From contig CAWDXG010000004.1 in assembly GCA_963806225.1 (NCBI GenBank), positions 3,840,001 to 3,904,000 on the forward strand: DNA of 64,000 bases, given 5' to 3'. Source of the stretch: an uncultured delta proteobacterium. GTDB lineage: Bacteria > Myxococcota_A > Polyangia > Polyangiales > Polyangiaceae. Position 1 is the first letter of the stretch, and every line of letters starts with the position of its first letter. Made by a program: the position numbers and the translations under genes. The notes under the pieces are model-generated. The model searched no databases and was not told where the DNA came from. It saw only the letters and a list, made by a program, of their open reading frames with translations. This document shows, one piece after another, positions 1-9,991 of the stretch.

Positions 1-90
1 CGCTTGCTCCTCTGGAGCGGGGGGACAGTTGTGACACGCACGACCGCGACGTGGATGCTGCTGGAAGGCGCTTCAGCGCGTCACCGGGGC

Positions 91-1146
91 GTGCACCCGT
101 ACCCAACCCGCTTCGAGAGTCTCGGACTGAAGCTGCCCGAGCGTCGCCTGGGCACCGACGGAGCTGATGGCGAGCACCCGGCACCACCCGAACATCGATC
201 TGGAGCGTCTGACCGGCATCCACGAGCGGCACGTCTGCTCGGACGGTGAGGATTCCTTCACGCTCGCGGTCGGCGCCGCACGCGACTGCCTCGAGCACTC
301 CCGCTACCAGGCCCACGACATGGAGATGCTCGTCAACTGCAGCATCAGCAAGAACAAGGGCGGTCTGCACCATCACTTCGAACCTCCGCTCAGCCTGTCG
401 GTGAAGGAGGCCATCGGAGCGGAGCGAGCGCTCTCGTTCGATTTGTCGAATGCGTGCGCCGGAATGATGAGCGGCGTGCTCGTGCTGCACGACTTCATCC
501 GCCGCGGCGTCATCCAGCGGGGCATGGTCGTCAGCGGCGAATACATCTCGAGTCTGGGGACGAACGCTGCACAACAGATCCGCAGCATCCTCAGCAGCCA
601 TCTGGCGTCTCTGACGCTCGGCGACGCGGGCGCCGCGGTCATCGTGGAACGGGCGCCGAAGGGAGCGCCAGCCATCTCGCGTCGCCGGCTTCACCACGTT
701 TCCGGAGTACAGCCGGCTCTGCCTCGGCACGTCGAGCGACGTCGGGCCCGGAGCGTCGATGGTGACGAAGGCACGCGCCATCCACAAGGTCGCGATCGCC
801 GACTCGCCGCCCCTGCTCAAGGAGGCGCTCGACGCGAGCGGTCTGGACTTCGGCCAGATCGATCACGTGATCCCTCACCAGACCTCGGCGCGGGCCATCC
901 GCATCGGTGCGAAGGAGATCTCGCGAGGAGCTCGGCGTCTCGCCGAAGCACGTGGTGACCAACGTGCTGGAGTTCGGGAACACCTCCTCCACCACCCATT
1001 TCGTCGCCCTCTACAAATACCTGTCGGAAGGTCGCTTCAAGACAGGCGACCGGATCATGCTCATCTCGTTCGCATCGGGGCTGGAAGTCGGCGTCGTCAT
1101 CTTCGAGATGGATGGATTGGTGGAACGCTATGGGCGCGCAGATTGA
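91..1146 (+). CDS. 3-oxoacyl-ACP synthase III (FabH/OleA/PqsC-like) condensing enzyme, catalytically intact; split by about 3 frameshifts
   Basis: Joining ORFs 4..249, 167..958, 759.. and 907..1146 gives a KAS III fold with LERLTGIHER, FDLSNACAG (Cys), GDAGAA, IPHQ (His) and FGNTSS (Asn). Frameshifts near 160, 678 and 925; GTG start at 91 is tentative. Confidence 0.85.
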
Positions 1147-2031
1147 AAGCTTTGCGACGGTGCGCGGGCACCATGCAGCCGTTCCACAAGGGTGCGCTGA
1201 AGCTCGCCGACGCAGCGATCGCGACCTGTCTCGAACGCGCGGGCCGCTCGGCAACCGATCTGGACCTCCTGATCAACGCCGGCGTCTACCGCGACGACAA
1301 CCTCGGCGAGCCGGCGCTGGCGGCATTGATCCAGGAAGATGTCGGCGCGAACCTCCGACGCTCGCGCGAGGCGCACGGCACCTTCTCGTTCGATATCTCG
1401 AACGGCGGCGCGGGGGTTATCACGGCGCTGTATCTGCTGGACGGTTTCCTCGCCGACAGCATCGACCTGGGACTGGTCGTGGCCAGCGACGCGCATCCCG
1501 GGGGCGCCGTGACACCAGTCTTCCCCTTCGCGCACGTCGGCGGAGCGATGCTGCTCGTACCGGGTGGGGAGGACGCGGGCTTCGTCGGCTTCGCGTTCGA
1601 CGACTACCCGGAGTTCGAGTCGCTGTTCACGGCCAAGCTCGGCTGGGAGGAGCGGCGGCTGAGGGGCGGCCACAACGTGCTCATCGATCGACGAGGCACC
1701 GGGCTACGCCGAGCGCGCGGTCGAGTGCGCCGTCGCCTCCACGCGGCGCTTCCTCGATCGCTTCGGGATGCGTCCCCGGGACGTCGATCTGATTGTGTCG
1801 AGCCAGCTGCCCGGGCGCTTTCCCGACACACTCGCCAGACGCCTGGAGCTGTCCAGAGACCGCATCGCGGGCGTGACCGACGAGCTCTCCGGCATCCACA
1901 CCGCCGCGCCCATCGCCGCACTGGAAGCCGCCGAGCGGAGCGGGCGTCTGGCGGAAGCGAGGCAGCTCCTGTTCGTGACGGTCGGCGCCGGGATCAGCGT
2001 GGGGTTGGCGCTGTACAGGCGCGCGGGCTGA
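1130..2031 (+). CDS. KAS III-fold protein lacking the catalytic triad (PqsB-like partner); frameshifted
   Basis: ATG at 1130 overlaps the upstream gene end. Motifs DLDLLINAGVYRD, EPALAALIQ, FSFDISNGGAG (Cys replaced by Gly), LIVSSQ (no His), GIHTAA (no Asn), VTVGAGISVG. Frameshifts near 1172 and 1690. Confidence 0.75.
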
Positions 2032-2154
2032 GCGGAGCAAATGAACGAGCTCCGGCAGCCGCCGGGGCGACGTGAGCTGTACCCCTGCCCAGGGTCGCCC
2101 ATTCGGCCGGACCGGCCGCCGGCAGCAGCTGGCGACTTGTGACTATAATGGGGC

Positions 2155-3864
2155 GTGCTCCGCATTTCCGTGTGCGCCGAGCCCCGGGCCTCGAAGCGCA
2201 TCTGTTCGCTGCTGTCCGCCGGCGGATCGGGCGACCAGCGCGTCTACCCGGAAAATGACTTCGAGGCGTGCCGGGCAGCGCTGAAGACCGGACAGCACGA
2301 TGTCTATTTCGTGGCCTGGCCGAAGCCCTCGCAGATGTGGACGCTGCTCGACGAGGCGGCCAGCGGGGGCTCCGAAGCGCGAGTGGTCGCGATCCTGGAC
2401 ACGCTCGATCTGGAGCGCGAAGCCGAGGCGCTGCAGCGCGGCGCCGCCGACGTGCTGATCCTGGAGGAGCTCGGGCCGGGCGTCCTGCAGCGCGCCGTGC
2501 GGCGGCTGCTCGCGCGGCGCTCACGGGATCCGGCCGACGGCAGCGAGCTGGACCTGGGCGGCGCGGGCGGTTCGATCCGCGCCCTGCGCGACGCGCTGAT
2601 GCGCGCGACCGCAGAGAACAGCGCGTTCGCGGTGCTGTCGCTGGGCGTCGAACAGCTCTCGCCGCGCGCCACCGTGTTCGAGGACCAGAACGCCGCACTC
2701 TCGGACTTCGAGCGGCTGTTGTCGGGCCTGCTCGACGACGACGTCCGCTTGTTCCGCCTCGGCTCGCGCTTCATCGCCCTGCTCGAGAATCCGGCGTCCG
2801 GCCCCACCGTGGCTCGCACGGCCGATCGCATCCTCGAGCGCATGGACGCGCCGGCCGTGATTGCCGGTCGGACGCTGGAACCGACGGTCAGCATCGGTAT
2901 CGCGCTCTCGCCCGACGACGGCACCGAAGCGGGCGAGGTGCTGCGGGGCGCCAAGGTCGCCATGCAGACCGCCCGGGCCGCCGGCGGACGGGTGTTCCGC
3001 TTCAGATCGCACGCGCCCAACCACCAGGCGTCGCGACGCCTCGCGCTGCAGCGCGGGCTGGCCGGCGCGCTCGAGCGGCGGGAGTTCGCCCTTGCGTACC
3101 AGCCGCAGATCGATCTGGAGAACGAGCTGCTGGTCGGAGCCGAGGCGCTGCTGCGCTGGCAAAGCCCCGAGCTCGGGCCCGTGCCCCCGTCGGAGTTCAT
3201 CCCGGTGCTCGAACAGTCGGGGCACATCACCGAGGTGGGTGAGTGGGCGTTGCGTGAAGCCTGTCGCCAGGCCCAGGTGTGGAACTGCGACAACCGCCCG
3301 ATCTGCGTCAGTGTGAATGTCTCCGCGCGCCAGTTCGAGAAAGTGAACATCGAGGATCTGGTGCGGGACGCGCTGGCCGAATCCCGCCTCCCGCCGGCAC
3401 TGCTGGGCCTCGAGCTCACCGAGGGCTTGCTGCTCGAGAGCACGGCCGACATCCGCGACGCGCTCGCGTCGCTACGGCAGCTCGGCGTGAAGATCGCAGT
3501 CGACGACTTCGGTACCGGCTACGCTTCGCTCAGCTACGTCAAGCGTTTCCCGATGAGCGCGATCAAGATCGATCGGGAGTTCGTGCGCGGACTGCCGATC
3601 GACGCGGAAAACGTGGCGATCACCAGCTCGATCCTGGCGCTGGCCCACAGCCTGGCGTTCGAGGTCATCGCTGAAGGGGTCGAGACGGAGGGCGAGCAGG
3701 AGTTCCTGCGCAGCCTGCACTGCGACGTGGTGCAGGGCTTTCTGCACGCGCGCCCCATGCACGTACCGGACTTCGAACAGTGGCGCGATGCCTACTTCGG
3801 TGACAGGTCGGCAAGGGGCGGCGCTCTCCGCTCGCGGCCGCCACCGCCGCCGGAGGCCCAGTGA
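2155..3864 (+). CDS. c-di-GMP phosphodiesterase: degenerate REC-like domain, degenerate GGDEF, intact EAL
   Basis: YQPQ, EALLRW, VNVS, LELTE, DDFGTGY, KIDREF, AEGVET and QGF motifs. GGDEF position reads RLGSRF, followed by SIGIA. Confidence 0.9.
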   Translation: MLRISVCAEPRASKRICSLLSAGGSGDQRVYPENDFEACRAALKTGQHDVYFVAWPKPSQMWTLLDEAASGGSEARVVAILDTLDLEREAEALQRGAADVLILEELGPGVLQRAVRRLLARRSRDPADGSELDLGGAGGSIRALRDALMRATAENSAFAVLSLGVEQLSPRATVFEDQNAALSDFERLLSGLLDDDVRLFRLGSRFIALLENPASGPTVARTADRILERMDAPAVIAGRTLEPTVSIGIALSPDDGTEAGEVLRGAKVAMQTARAAGGRVFRFRSHAPNHQASRRLALQRGLAGALERREFALAYQPQIDLENELLVGAEALLRWQSPELGPVPPSEFIPVLEQSGHITEVGEWALREACRQAQVWNCDNRPICVSVNVSARQFEKVNIEDLVRDALAESRLPPALLGLELTEGLLLESTADIRDALASLRQLGVKIAVDDFGTGYASLSYVKRFPMSAIKIDREFVRGLPIDAENVAITSSILALAHSLAFEVIAEGVETEGEQEFLRSLHCDVVQGFLHARPMHVPDFEQWRDAYFGDRSARGGALRSRPPPPPEAQ

Positions 3865-5651
3865 GCGGCCAGGCCCGGATCGAACCGGGCGCGCTGTTCG
3901 CGTCCGACTACCGGATCGAACGCGTGCTCTGCGCGGAACAGCCGGACCGCTGCTACATCGCGACAGAGAACAAGGGCGGCCGCAGGGTACGGATCGTCGA
4001 GCTCCCCGCGTCGCGATCGCTCGCGTGGACCACCGCGGCCGTCGAGCATCCAGCGCTGGCCGAGCTGCTAGCGGTGCTCACCGTGCTGAGCAGCAACTTC
4101 GGAGTGTTCGAGGAAGTCGACGGGACGCGCGCATCGGCGCGGCTTGCCGAGGCCGGCCCTCTCGGCGCATTCGAGGCGGTGCGCGCGGCACTTCGCGTCA
4201 CCGAGGGACTGACCGTGATGCACCGGAGCGGTCTCATCCACGGCGCGGTCCAACCGGGCAACGTGGTGATCGAGCCCGAGCGGCCCGGCGCTGCGACGCT
4301 CGTCCCGGGATCGGCTTCGCAGCGTCCGCCCGGCTATCGCGCTCCCGACAGGGAGGGCCAGGCTCTCGCGCCGGAGGACGACCTCTGGGCCACCGGGGCC
4401 CTGCTCTACGAGATGCTCACCGGCGCGGCGCCGCCGGAAAGCGGCGTGTCCGCTCCCGAGCAGCTCGAAGACGCGGGCCTCGAAGAGGACGTCCTGGGCG
4501 GCATCGTGGCGCAGGCGCTGGCCGCGGACCCCAACCGCCGCAGCTCGCGCATCGCGTCGATGCGCCACCCGCTCAGCTGCTGGTTGGAACGCAACGAGAA
4601 GCAACCCGAGTCGGCTCCGGGCAGCGCGCGCTCCTACGCATGGAGCCGCGCGGTGCTTCCGTCGAGCCGACCACCGCCGCAGCGCAACAGCGAGGCGCCC
4701 GAGCTTGAAGTCAGCGAAGGGCTCCTCAGCGAACCGCCGCCCGACAGCACGGCACTGCCGGCGCGACGGGACAGCCACCGGCCGGAGATCGAAGTGGCGG
4801 AAGGGCACCTGAGCGAGCCGCCGCCCGAAAGCGATGCCGCAGCGCCGAGCGTGGATGCGCCGGAAGAGGCAGCCCCGGCGAACGCCGACGTGACGCGACA
4901 AGCGCCCGAGAGCTCGTCCGGCAAGCGCTGGTTCGGTCTGGCCGTGGCCGCCGTCGTCGTGTGCGGCGTCGCCCTGCTCGTGTCGCGTCACAAGACCGGC
5001 TCGCCCGCAGCGAGTCACCGGGCCATTTCCCGCCAAAGCGCCCGGCCCGCCAGCATCGGTCCCCGGGCACCGTCCGCCCGCGTGCGCAAGCGCCCGCCGC
5101 CCCCGGCGGTTTCCGCGGCCGCTCCGGCCCCGCCCACCGCGTCGGCAGCGCCGGCGGACGAATCGGTCGCGGTCTGCGTCGCACGCCATCTGCCCGCCTT
5201 CTCCTTCATGAAGACGCCGGACATGGACTGGCTGTGCCAGGTGGGCGATCCACGTTCCGGTGCACAGCACCTGCACGGCGACATCGTGCGCGCTTCGAAC
5301 GGCCACAGCGTCACTCCGGCGATGCAGCTGTTCAGTCCCTTGACCTGGTACGGAATGGCCGAGCTCGCGGTGCTCCGTGGCGCGTGCTGCCTCGACGCGC
5401 CGCCGCTCAAGCTCCCGGCACCATCGGCGGGCTGCCAATCGATGGCCGAGGTCCTCAACGGCCTGGCTACCGAGGTATCGGAAGCGGCGAATCCCGAGCC
5501 GCAGATCCAGGCGTTCTCCGAAGCGATCGGCTGCGAGGTGCGCCACAATCGCCAAGTGGCGTTCTGGCAGAAGGATCGCCCCGGCGGCGGCGAAGCCCAC
5601 GACTTCGAGAAACTACTCGAGAGCGCCATGCACCCGCGGAGCGCGCCGTAG
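3861..5651 (+). CDS. Membrane-anchored Ser/Thr protein kinase-like protein, probable pseudokinase
   Basis: YRIERVL, HPALA, IHGAVQPGNV, GYRAPD and DLWATGALLYEMLTG mark a Hanks-type fold. Pro-rich linker, TM helix (WFGLAVAAVVVCGVALLV), Cys-containing C-terminal domain. GTGA overlap with the upstream stop. Confidence 0.75.
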   Translation: MSGQARIEPGALFASDYRIERVLCAEQPDRCYIATENKGGRRVRIVELPASRSLAWTTAAVEHPALAELLAVLTVLSSNFGVFEEVDGTRASARLAEAGPLGAFEAVRAALRVTEGLTVMHRSGLIHGAVQPGNVVIEPERPGAATLVPGSASQRPPGYRAPDREGQALAPEDDLWATGALLYEMLTGAAPPESGVSAPEQLEDAGLEEDVLGGIVAQALAADPNRRSSRIASMRHPLSCWLERNEKQPESAPGSARSYAWSRAVLPSSRPPPQRNSEAPELEVSEGLLSEPPPDSTALPARRDSHRPEIEVAEGHLSEPPPESDAAAPSVDAPEEAAPANADVTRQAPESSSGKRWFGLAVAAVVVCGVALLVSRHKTGSPAASHRAISRQSARPASIGPRAPSARVRKRPPPPAVSAAAPAPPTASAAPADESVAVCVARHLPAFSFMKTPDMDWLCQVGDPRSGAQHLHGDIVRASNGHSVTPAMQLFSPLTWYGMAELAVLRGACCLDAPPLKLPAPSAGCQSMAEVLNGLATEVSEAANPEPQIQAFSEAIGCEVRHNRQVAFWQKDRPGGGEAHDFEKLLESAMHPRSAP

Positions 5652-5660
5652 GCGGCGGAC

Positions 5661-6101
5661 GTGACGCGTCGCACGGCGTTCCTGTTCGTGCTGCTCGCCT
5701 GTGGCTGCGAGGGGCGGCAGGGCGTGTACGTCGTCTCTGAAGGCGGTCCGCCCCCCGAAGCCGCGCCGGAGAGCGGGGGCGGGGGAGCCACCGACGCCGG
5801 CACCGACGCTCCGGCCGAAGCGGAAGCCGGCCTGGGCACCGCCTGCATCGACTCGTGCAACACCGCGCTCTCGATCGGCTGCGCCCAGGACGAGATGAAC
5901 GCCTGCCTGGCCGGCTGCAGCGACTACGTCGCGCAGTTTCCGCTCTGCATGTCGCAGATCAACGCCGAGAACGCGTGCGCGGCGGCGCAGCCAGAGAACC
6001 ACTGGTTCTGCGACGTCGACGGCTTCGCTACGCTCCACGCGAGCTACTGCGCCGCGGAGCACAGCGCGACGCAGGGTTGCCTGTCGAAGAACTACCCGTA
6101 G
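5661..6101 (+). CDS. Small Cys-rich lipoprotein
   Basis: Signal peptide with lipobox-like LLACGC, DAG linker, multiple paired Cys. Confidence 0.65.
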   Translation: MTRRTAFLFVLLACGCEGRQGVYVVSEGGPPPEAAPESGGGGATDAGTDAPAEAEAGLGTACIDSCNTALSIGCAQDEMNACLAGCSDYVAQFPLCMSQINAENACAAAQPENHWFCDVDGFATLHASYCAAEHSATQGCLSKNYP

Positions 6102-6120
6102 CGCCTGTCCGGCGCACCGC

Positions 6121-6930
6121 TCAACCCGGAGCCGGGACCTGTTCCTCGCCGTCGAGCAGCTCCTCCACCGAGACGGTCTCGAGCCCGCGCTCGTCGATGG
6201 CCTGGAGGAGCCGGGGAAGGGCCTCGACGGCGGCCGGCTCGAAGTCGTCACGCTCGGCGGCGTCGTGCAGCATCACGATAGCGCCGTCCCTGAGCCGCGG
6301 CTCGATGCGATCCACCACGCGCTCCGGCTGCGCTCCGGGCATCCCGTCGAACCCCCGCACCGACCAGCCGACGATCGTCACGCCGGCGCGCCGCGCCCCC
6401 AGGGCGGTGCGCGAGCTGACGTGGCCCACGGGCGGTCGGAAGAGCACCGGGCGGACCCCGCACGCTTGCTCGATCGCCTCCTGGGTCTGCTCGATGTCCG
6501 CCTTGATGAACTTCGGCGCCCTGAAACACAGGAGCCGATCGTGCAGAAAACCGTGCGCGCCCAACCAATGGCCGGCTTCGTGGATCTCGCGCACGACGTC
6601 GGGGTGCTGCCGCACCTTGCGCCCCACGACGAAGAACGTGGCCTTGTGTCCACTCCGCTCCAGGATGGCGAGGATCGCGCGCGTCGTCTCGGGATGCGGC
6701 CCGTCGTCGAAGGTGAGCGCGATGCCTTTCGCGCCGGGATCGCCGCGCCACACGACGTCGCCGTACATCTCCATCTGCGGGAACAGCACACCCATCGCCG
6801 CGAAGGTCGCGTAGGCGCCGAACGCGACGGAAGCGGCCCACCAGGGCACGGGGCCGATGAGCAGCGAGCGCACCAGCAGGGCGACTCCGCCGATGCTGGC
6901 GACCCAGAGCGCTATGCGTGCGGGCGGCAA
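6121..6930 (-). CDS. Polysaccharide deacetylase (CE4/NodB family), membrane anchored
   Basis: ALTFDDGP, ATFFVVG, HGFLH, FRPPVG and IVMLHD motifs; N-terminal TM helices. Confidence 0.9.
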   Translation of the reverse strand: MPPARIALWVASIGGVALLVRSLLIGPVPWWAASVAFGAYATFAAMGVLFPQMEMYGDVVWRGDPGAKGIALTFDDGPHPETTRAILAILERSGHKATFFVVGRKVRQHPDVVREIHEAGHWLGAHGFLHDRLLCFRAPKFIKADIEQTQEAIEQACGVRPVLFRPPVGHVSSRTALGARRAGVTIVGWSVRGFDGMPGAQPERVVDRIEPRLRDGAIVMLHDAAERDDFEPAAVEALPRLLQAIDERGLETVSVEELLDGEEQVPAPG

Positions 6931-6934
6931 GCGT

Positions 6935-7444
6935 TCAGCTCCTGCGCCGGGCCTTGCGCGACGACTGCTCGAGCTCGTCCGCCAGTTCCGCCTTGTCGTC
7001 CACAGCCCCGGCGGCCACGCGCTTCTTCTCCGCGGCGGCCGGTGGCTTCGCTTCGTCGTCCTCGTCGCCGGTGTTGTCGAGCTCGTAGAGCATGGAGAGC
7101 GCCGTGGCGATCAGCGGCAAGCTCACGATCGGCAGTTGACCGACGCTACCCTGGCCGAGCTGGCCGAGATCGAGGTGGAGCCCAAGCCAGCGACGCACAA
7201 CGTACATCAGACCCGCACCCAGCAGAGCGCCAACCAGCGCCTTGAGGCCCGCCTCGATGCGCGCGCCCGCCGCCCAGATCGGCTTGCCGGCCACCAGCCC
7301 GGACAGGACGCCGGTGACCACGGCGAGCAGATACGCCGCCCACACCCCCATCGTGGCCACACCGAGGCCCTTGACCAGGACGAGCCCGAGCACTGCGCCG
7401 AGCAGCACGCCCTTGACGAGGCCGATGAGCAGCCGTTTGAGCAT
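6935..7444 (-). CDS. Hypothetical integral membrane protein
   Basis: Several hydrophobic helices and an acidic C-terminal tail; probable ATG at 7444 within ORF 6935..7483. Confidence 0.65.
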   Translation of the reverse strand: MLKRLLIGLVKGVLLGAVLGLVLVKGLGVATMGVWAAYLLAVVTGVLSGLVAGKPIWAAGARIEAGLKALVGALLGAGLMYVVRRWLGLHLDLGQLGQGSVGQLPIVSLPLIATALSMLYELDNTGDEDDEAKPPAAAEKKRVAAGAVDDKAELADELEQSSRKARRRS

Positions 7445-7580
7445 GGCGCTCCGAAGCCTTGAGGACTTGCGGGCGGTCGTCAACTGCCCTTCCGCGCGAC
7501 CGTGTCCCGACTAGCGATCGCGTCGTTAGCGCTCGACTCGGGGCCCGAGCTTTTCTAAGGGCTGTACGAGGCCCTGCGTC

Positions 7581-9440
7581 GTGCTCTTCAACACCCTCGC
7601 CTACGCGAAGTTCTTCGGGATCGTCTTCGTCGTCTCGTGGGTGCTGGTCAGCCGGCGCTACAAGCCGCTGCTGCCCTGGTTCGGCGTCCTGCTCTTTACC
7701 CTGGCCGGCAAGCCGACCCTGCTCTCCGCCGGGCTGACCGTCGTGGCCTTCGCGCTGACCTTCTCCCTCTGCCAGCGCGTCGACGAGGAGCAGGGTCCGT
7801 CGGCCCGCTTCGCGGCCGCGTCGATCGTCGTCAACTTCATCGCGCTCACGTTCCTGACCGAGCGCAGGTTCGGCTCCGATCCGCTTTCGCTCGCGCTCCG
7901 CGGGCTGGGCGTTCCCCTCGGGACCTCGCTGTGGTGGACGGTGCCGCTTTCCATCGTCGGGCCGCTTCTGGCCTACGCGATCATCCGCGCGAAGAAGACC
8001 CGGCTCCTGTTCCTGCTGGGCGCCAGCTACGTCTTCTACGCCTACTGGGACTGGCGCTTCCTGCCGCTCATCTGGGGCTCGTCGACGATCGACTACCTGC
8101 TGGGCCGGGCCATCGGCCACGAAGAGCGCCCCCGCATCCGGCGCATGTGGCTCACCGGCACGGTGATCCTGAACCTCGGCGTGCTCGGCATCTTCAAGTA
8201 CTTCAACTTCGGGGTCGACACCGCGCTCGCCGCGCTCGGGTCCATGGGGTTCCACCCGACGCCCATCGCGCTCCGGATCGCGCTGCCCATCGGCATCAGC
8301 TTCTTCACCTTCGAGTCGATGAGCTACGTCATCGATGTCTACCGGGGCGATATCCAGCCCCACAAGAGCTACCTCGAATACATCACGTTCGTCGCCTTCT
8401 TCCCTCACCTGGTGGCCGGCCCCATCGTGCGCCCGCGCGACCTTCTGCCCCAGCTCGGAAGCCCGGCGCGCTGGAACACCGACGAGGCCAGCGAGGGGCT
8501 GTTCCTGATCGTGACGGGGCTGATGAAGAAGGTCGCGATCGCGGACTATCTGGCGGTCAACTTCATCGACCGCGTGTTCGACGCGCCGATGCAGTACTCC
8601 GCGCTCGAATGCTACGTCGCCGTGCTCTGCTACGCGGTCCAGATCTACTGCGATTTCTCCGGCTACACGGACATCGCGATCGGCTCGGCGCTGCTGCTCG
8701 GCGTGCGCTTCCCGCTCAACTTCAACGCGCCGTACAAGGCGGCGGACATCGCCGACTTCTGGCACCGCTGGCACATCTCGCTGTCCACCTGGCTGCGCGA
8801 CTACCTGTACATCCCGCTCGGCGGCAATCGCAAGGGCAAGCGCCGCACCTACGTCAACCTGATGCTGACCATGCTGCTCGGCGGGCTGTGGCATGGCGCC
8901 AACTGGACGTTCGTGGTGTGGGGCGGGCTGCACGGCGGGCTGCTCGCCGTCACGCGCTACTACCAGGAGTGGAAGAAAGCGCGGCGGAGACGCCGGCAGG
9001 CCGCCACGGAAGAGGAGAGCAGCACCGCGACGGCGGACGAGCACGGCTATCGCGAACGCATGCGCGCCGAGCCGCGCATCGCCGATCGCAGATTCGGCCG
9101 CACGCAGATTTTCCACGTGGTGAAGGTGCTGCTCACCTTCCATTTCGTCTGCGTGGCGTGGATTTTCTTCCGCTCCCCGAGCTTCGCCAGAGCGTGGCTG
9201 ATGTTCTCGCGCATCGGCACGCTCTCGCACTACCATCCGAACCTCGCGCCCACTGTGCTGGCCGTGCTGGCCGTGGGGCTCGTGACACACTGGGCGCCGG
9301 AGCGCTGGTACATCGCCGCGCGCCAGACCTTCATCCGCCTGCCCGCGCCCGCACAGGGCCTCGCCCTCTTCTGCGCCGCCGTCGCGCTACGCAAGGTCGC
9401 GACGGCCAAGGCCGTGCCGTTCGTATACTTCCAGTTCTAG
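7581..9440 (+). CDS. MBOAT family O-acyltransferase (AlgI/PatA-like)
   Basis: LPIGISFFTF, FFPHLVAGPI, YCDFSGYTDIAIG, FWHRWHISLSTWLRDYLYIPLGG, GLWHGANWTF and terminal FVYFQF. Confidence 0.95.
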   Translation: MLFNTLAYAKFFGIVFVVSWVLVSRRYKPLLPWFGVLLFTLAGKPTLLSAGLTVVAFALTFSLCQRVDEEQGPSARFAAASIVVNFIALTFLTERRFGSDPLSLALRGLGVPLGTSLWWTVPLSIVGPLLAYAIIRAKKTRLLFLLGASYVFYAYWDWRFLPLIWGSSTIDYLLGRAIGHEERPRIRRMWLTGTVILNLGVLGIFKYFNFGVDTALAALGSMGFHPTPIALRIALPIGISFFTFESMSYVIDVYRGDIQPHKSYLEYITFVAFFPHLVAGPIVRPRDLLPQLGSPARWNTDEASEGLFLIVTGLMKKVAIADYLAVNFIDRVFDAPMQYSALECYVAVLCYAVQIYCDFSGYTDIAIGSALLLGVRFPLNFNAPYKAADIADFWHRWHISLSTWLRDYLYIPLGGNRKGKRRTYVNLMLTMLLGGLWHGANWTFVVWGGLHGGLLAVTRYYQEWKKARRRRRQAATEEESSTATADEHGYRERMRAEPRIADRRFGRTQIFHVVKVLLTFHFVCVAWIFFRSPSFARAWLMFSRIGTLSHYHPNLAPTVLAVLAVGLVTHWAPERWYIAARQTFIRLPAPAQGLALFCAAVALRKVATAKAVPFVYFQF

Positions 9441-9515
9441 CTGTGGCCCGGGACCGCGAGGCACGGGACTCGGCGGGCCACAGCTGGTAGCTTCGGTTCG
9501 AGAGCTGCTCGAGCG

Positions 9516-9962
9516 ATGACCGACACGGAACAGACCCGGGAGCCGGAGCCGGACGAAGCGGAGCGGGAAGCCGCGGACGAGCCGGCGCCGGCGGAAGACG
9601 CCGCGGAACGCCCGCGCAAGAGGAAGAAGAAGCGCAAGAAGCGCAAGAAGCGGCACTCGACGCCCGGGCTCCGTCCGACGCGCGACGCGCAGGAGCGCGA
9701 TCGCCCCGCCTTCCTGCTCGCCTTTCCGCGCGATCCGGAGCTGGAGCGGCTGATCGAGGCCTACGAGGCGGGCGACTACGCGACGGTGCGCCGCGAAGCG
9801 CCCGGGCTCGCCGAGCGGACGGAAGACCGCGCCGTGCGCGATGCGGCGCTGGAGCTCCGGCGACGTATCGATCCGGATCCGCTCGCGCGGTATCTTCTGC
9901 TCACGGCGGTCGCGCTACTCGTCTTCCTGGTCATCTGGGTGTACGCGAAGCAGGGACACTGA
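9516..9962 (+). CDS. Hypothetical protein with basic stretch and C-terminal TM anchor
   Basis: ORF with KRKKKRKKRKKR and a C-terminal hydrophobic helix; fills the gap between neighbours. Confidence 0.6.
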   Translation: MTDTEQTREPEPDEAEREAADEPAPAEDAAERPRKRKKKRKKRKKRHSTPGLRPTRDAQERDRPAFLLAFPRDPELERLIEAYEAGDYATVRREAPGLAERTEDRAVRDAALELRRRIDPDPLARYLLLTAVALLVFLVIWVYAKQGH

Positions 9963-9991
9963 TCGCCAGGCCTCCCAGCCGCAACGAAGTA

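Noticed and set aside
7146..9290. 714-aa minus-strand ORF, and similar long overlapping ORFs such as 9841..11826, 34397..36328 and 44731..46398
   Set aside because: They overlap well-supported genes on the other strand or frame and have no recognisable motifs.
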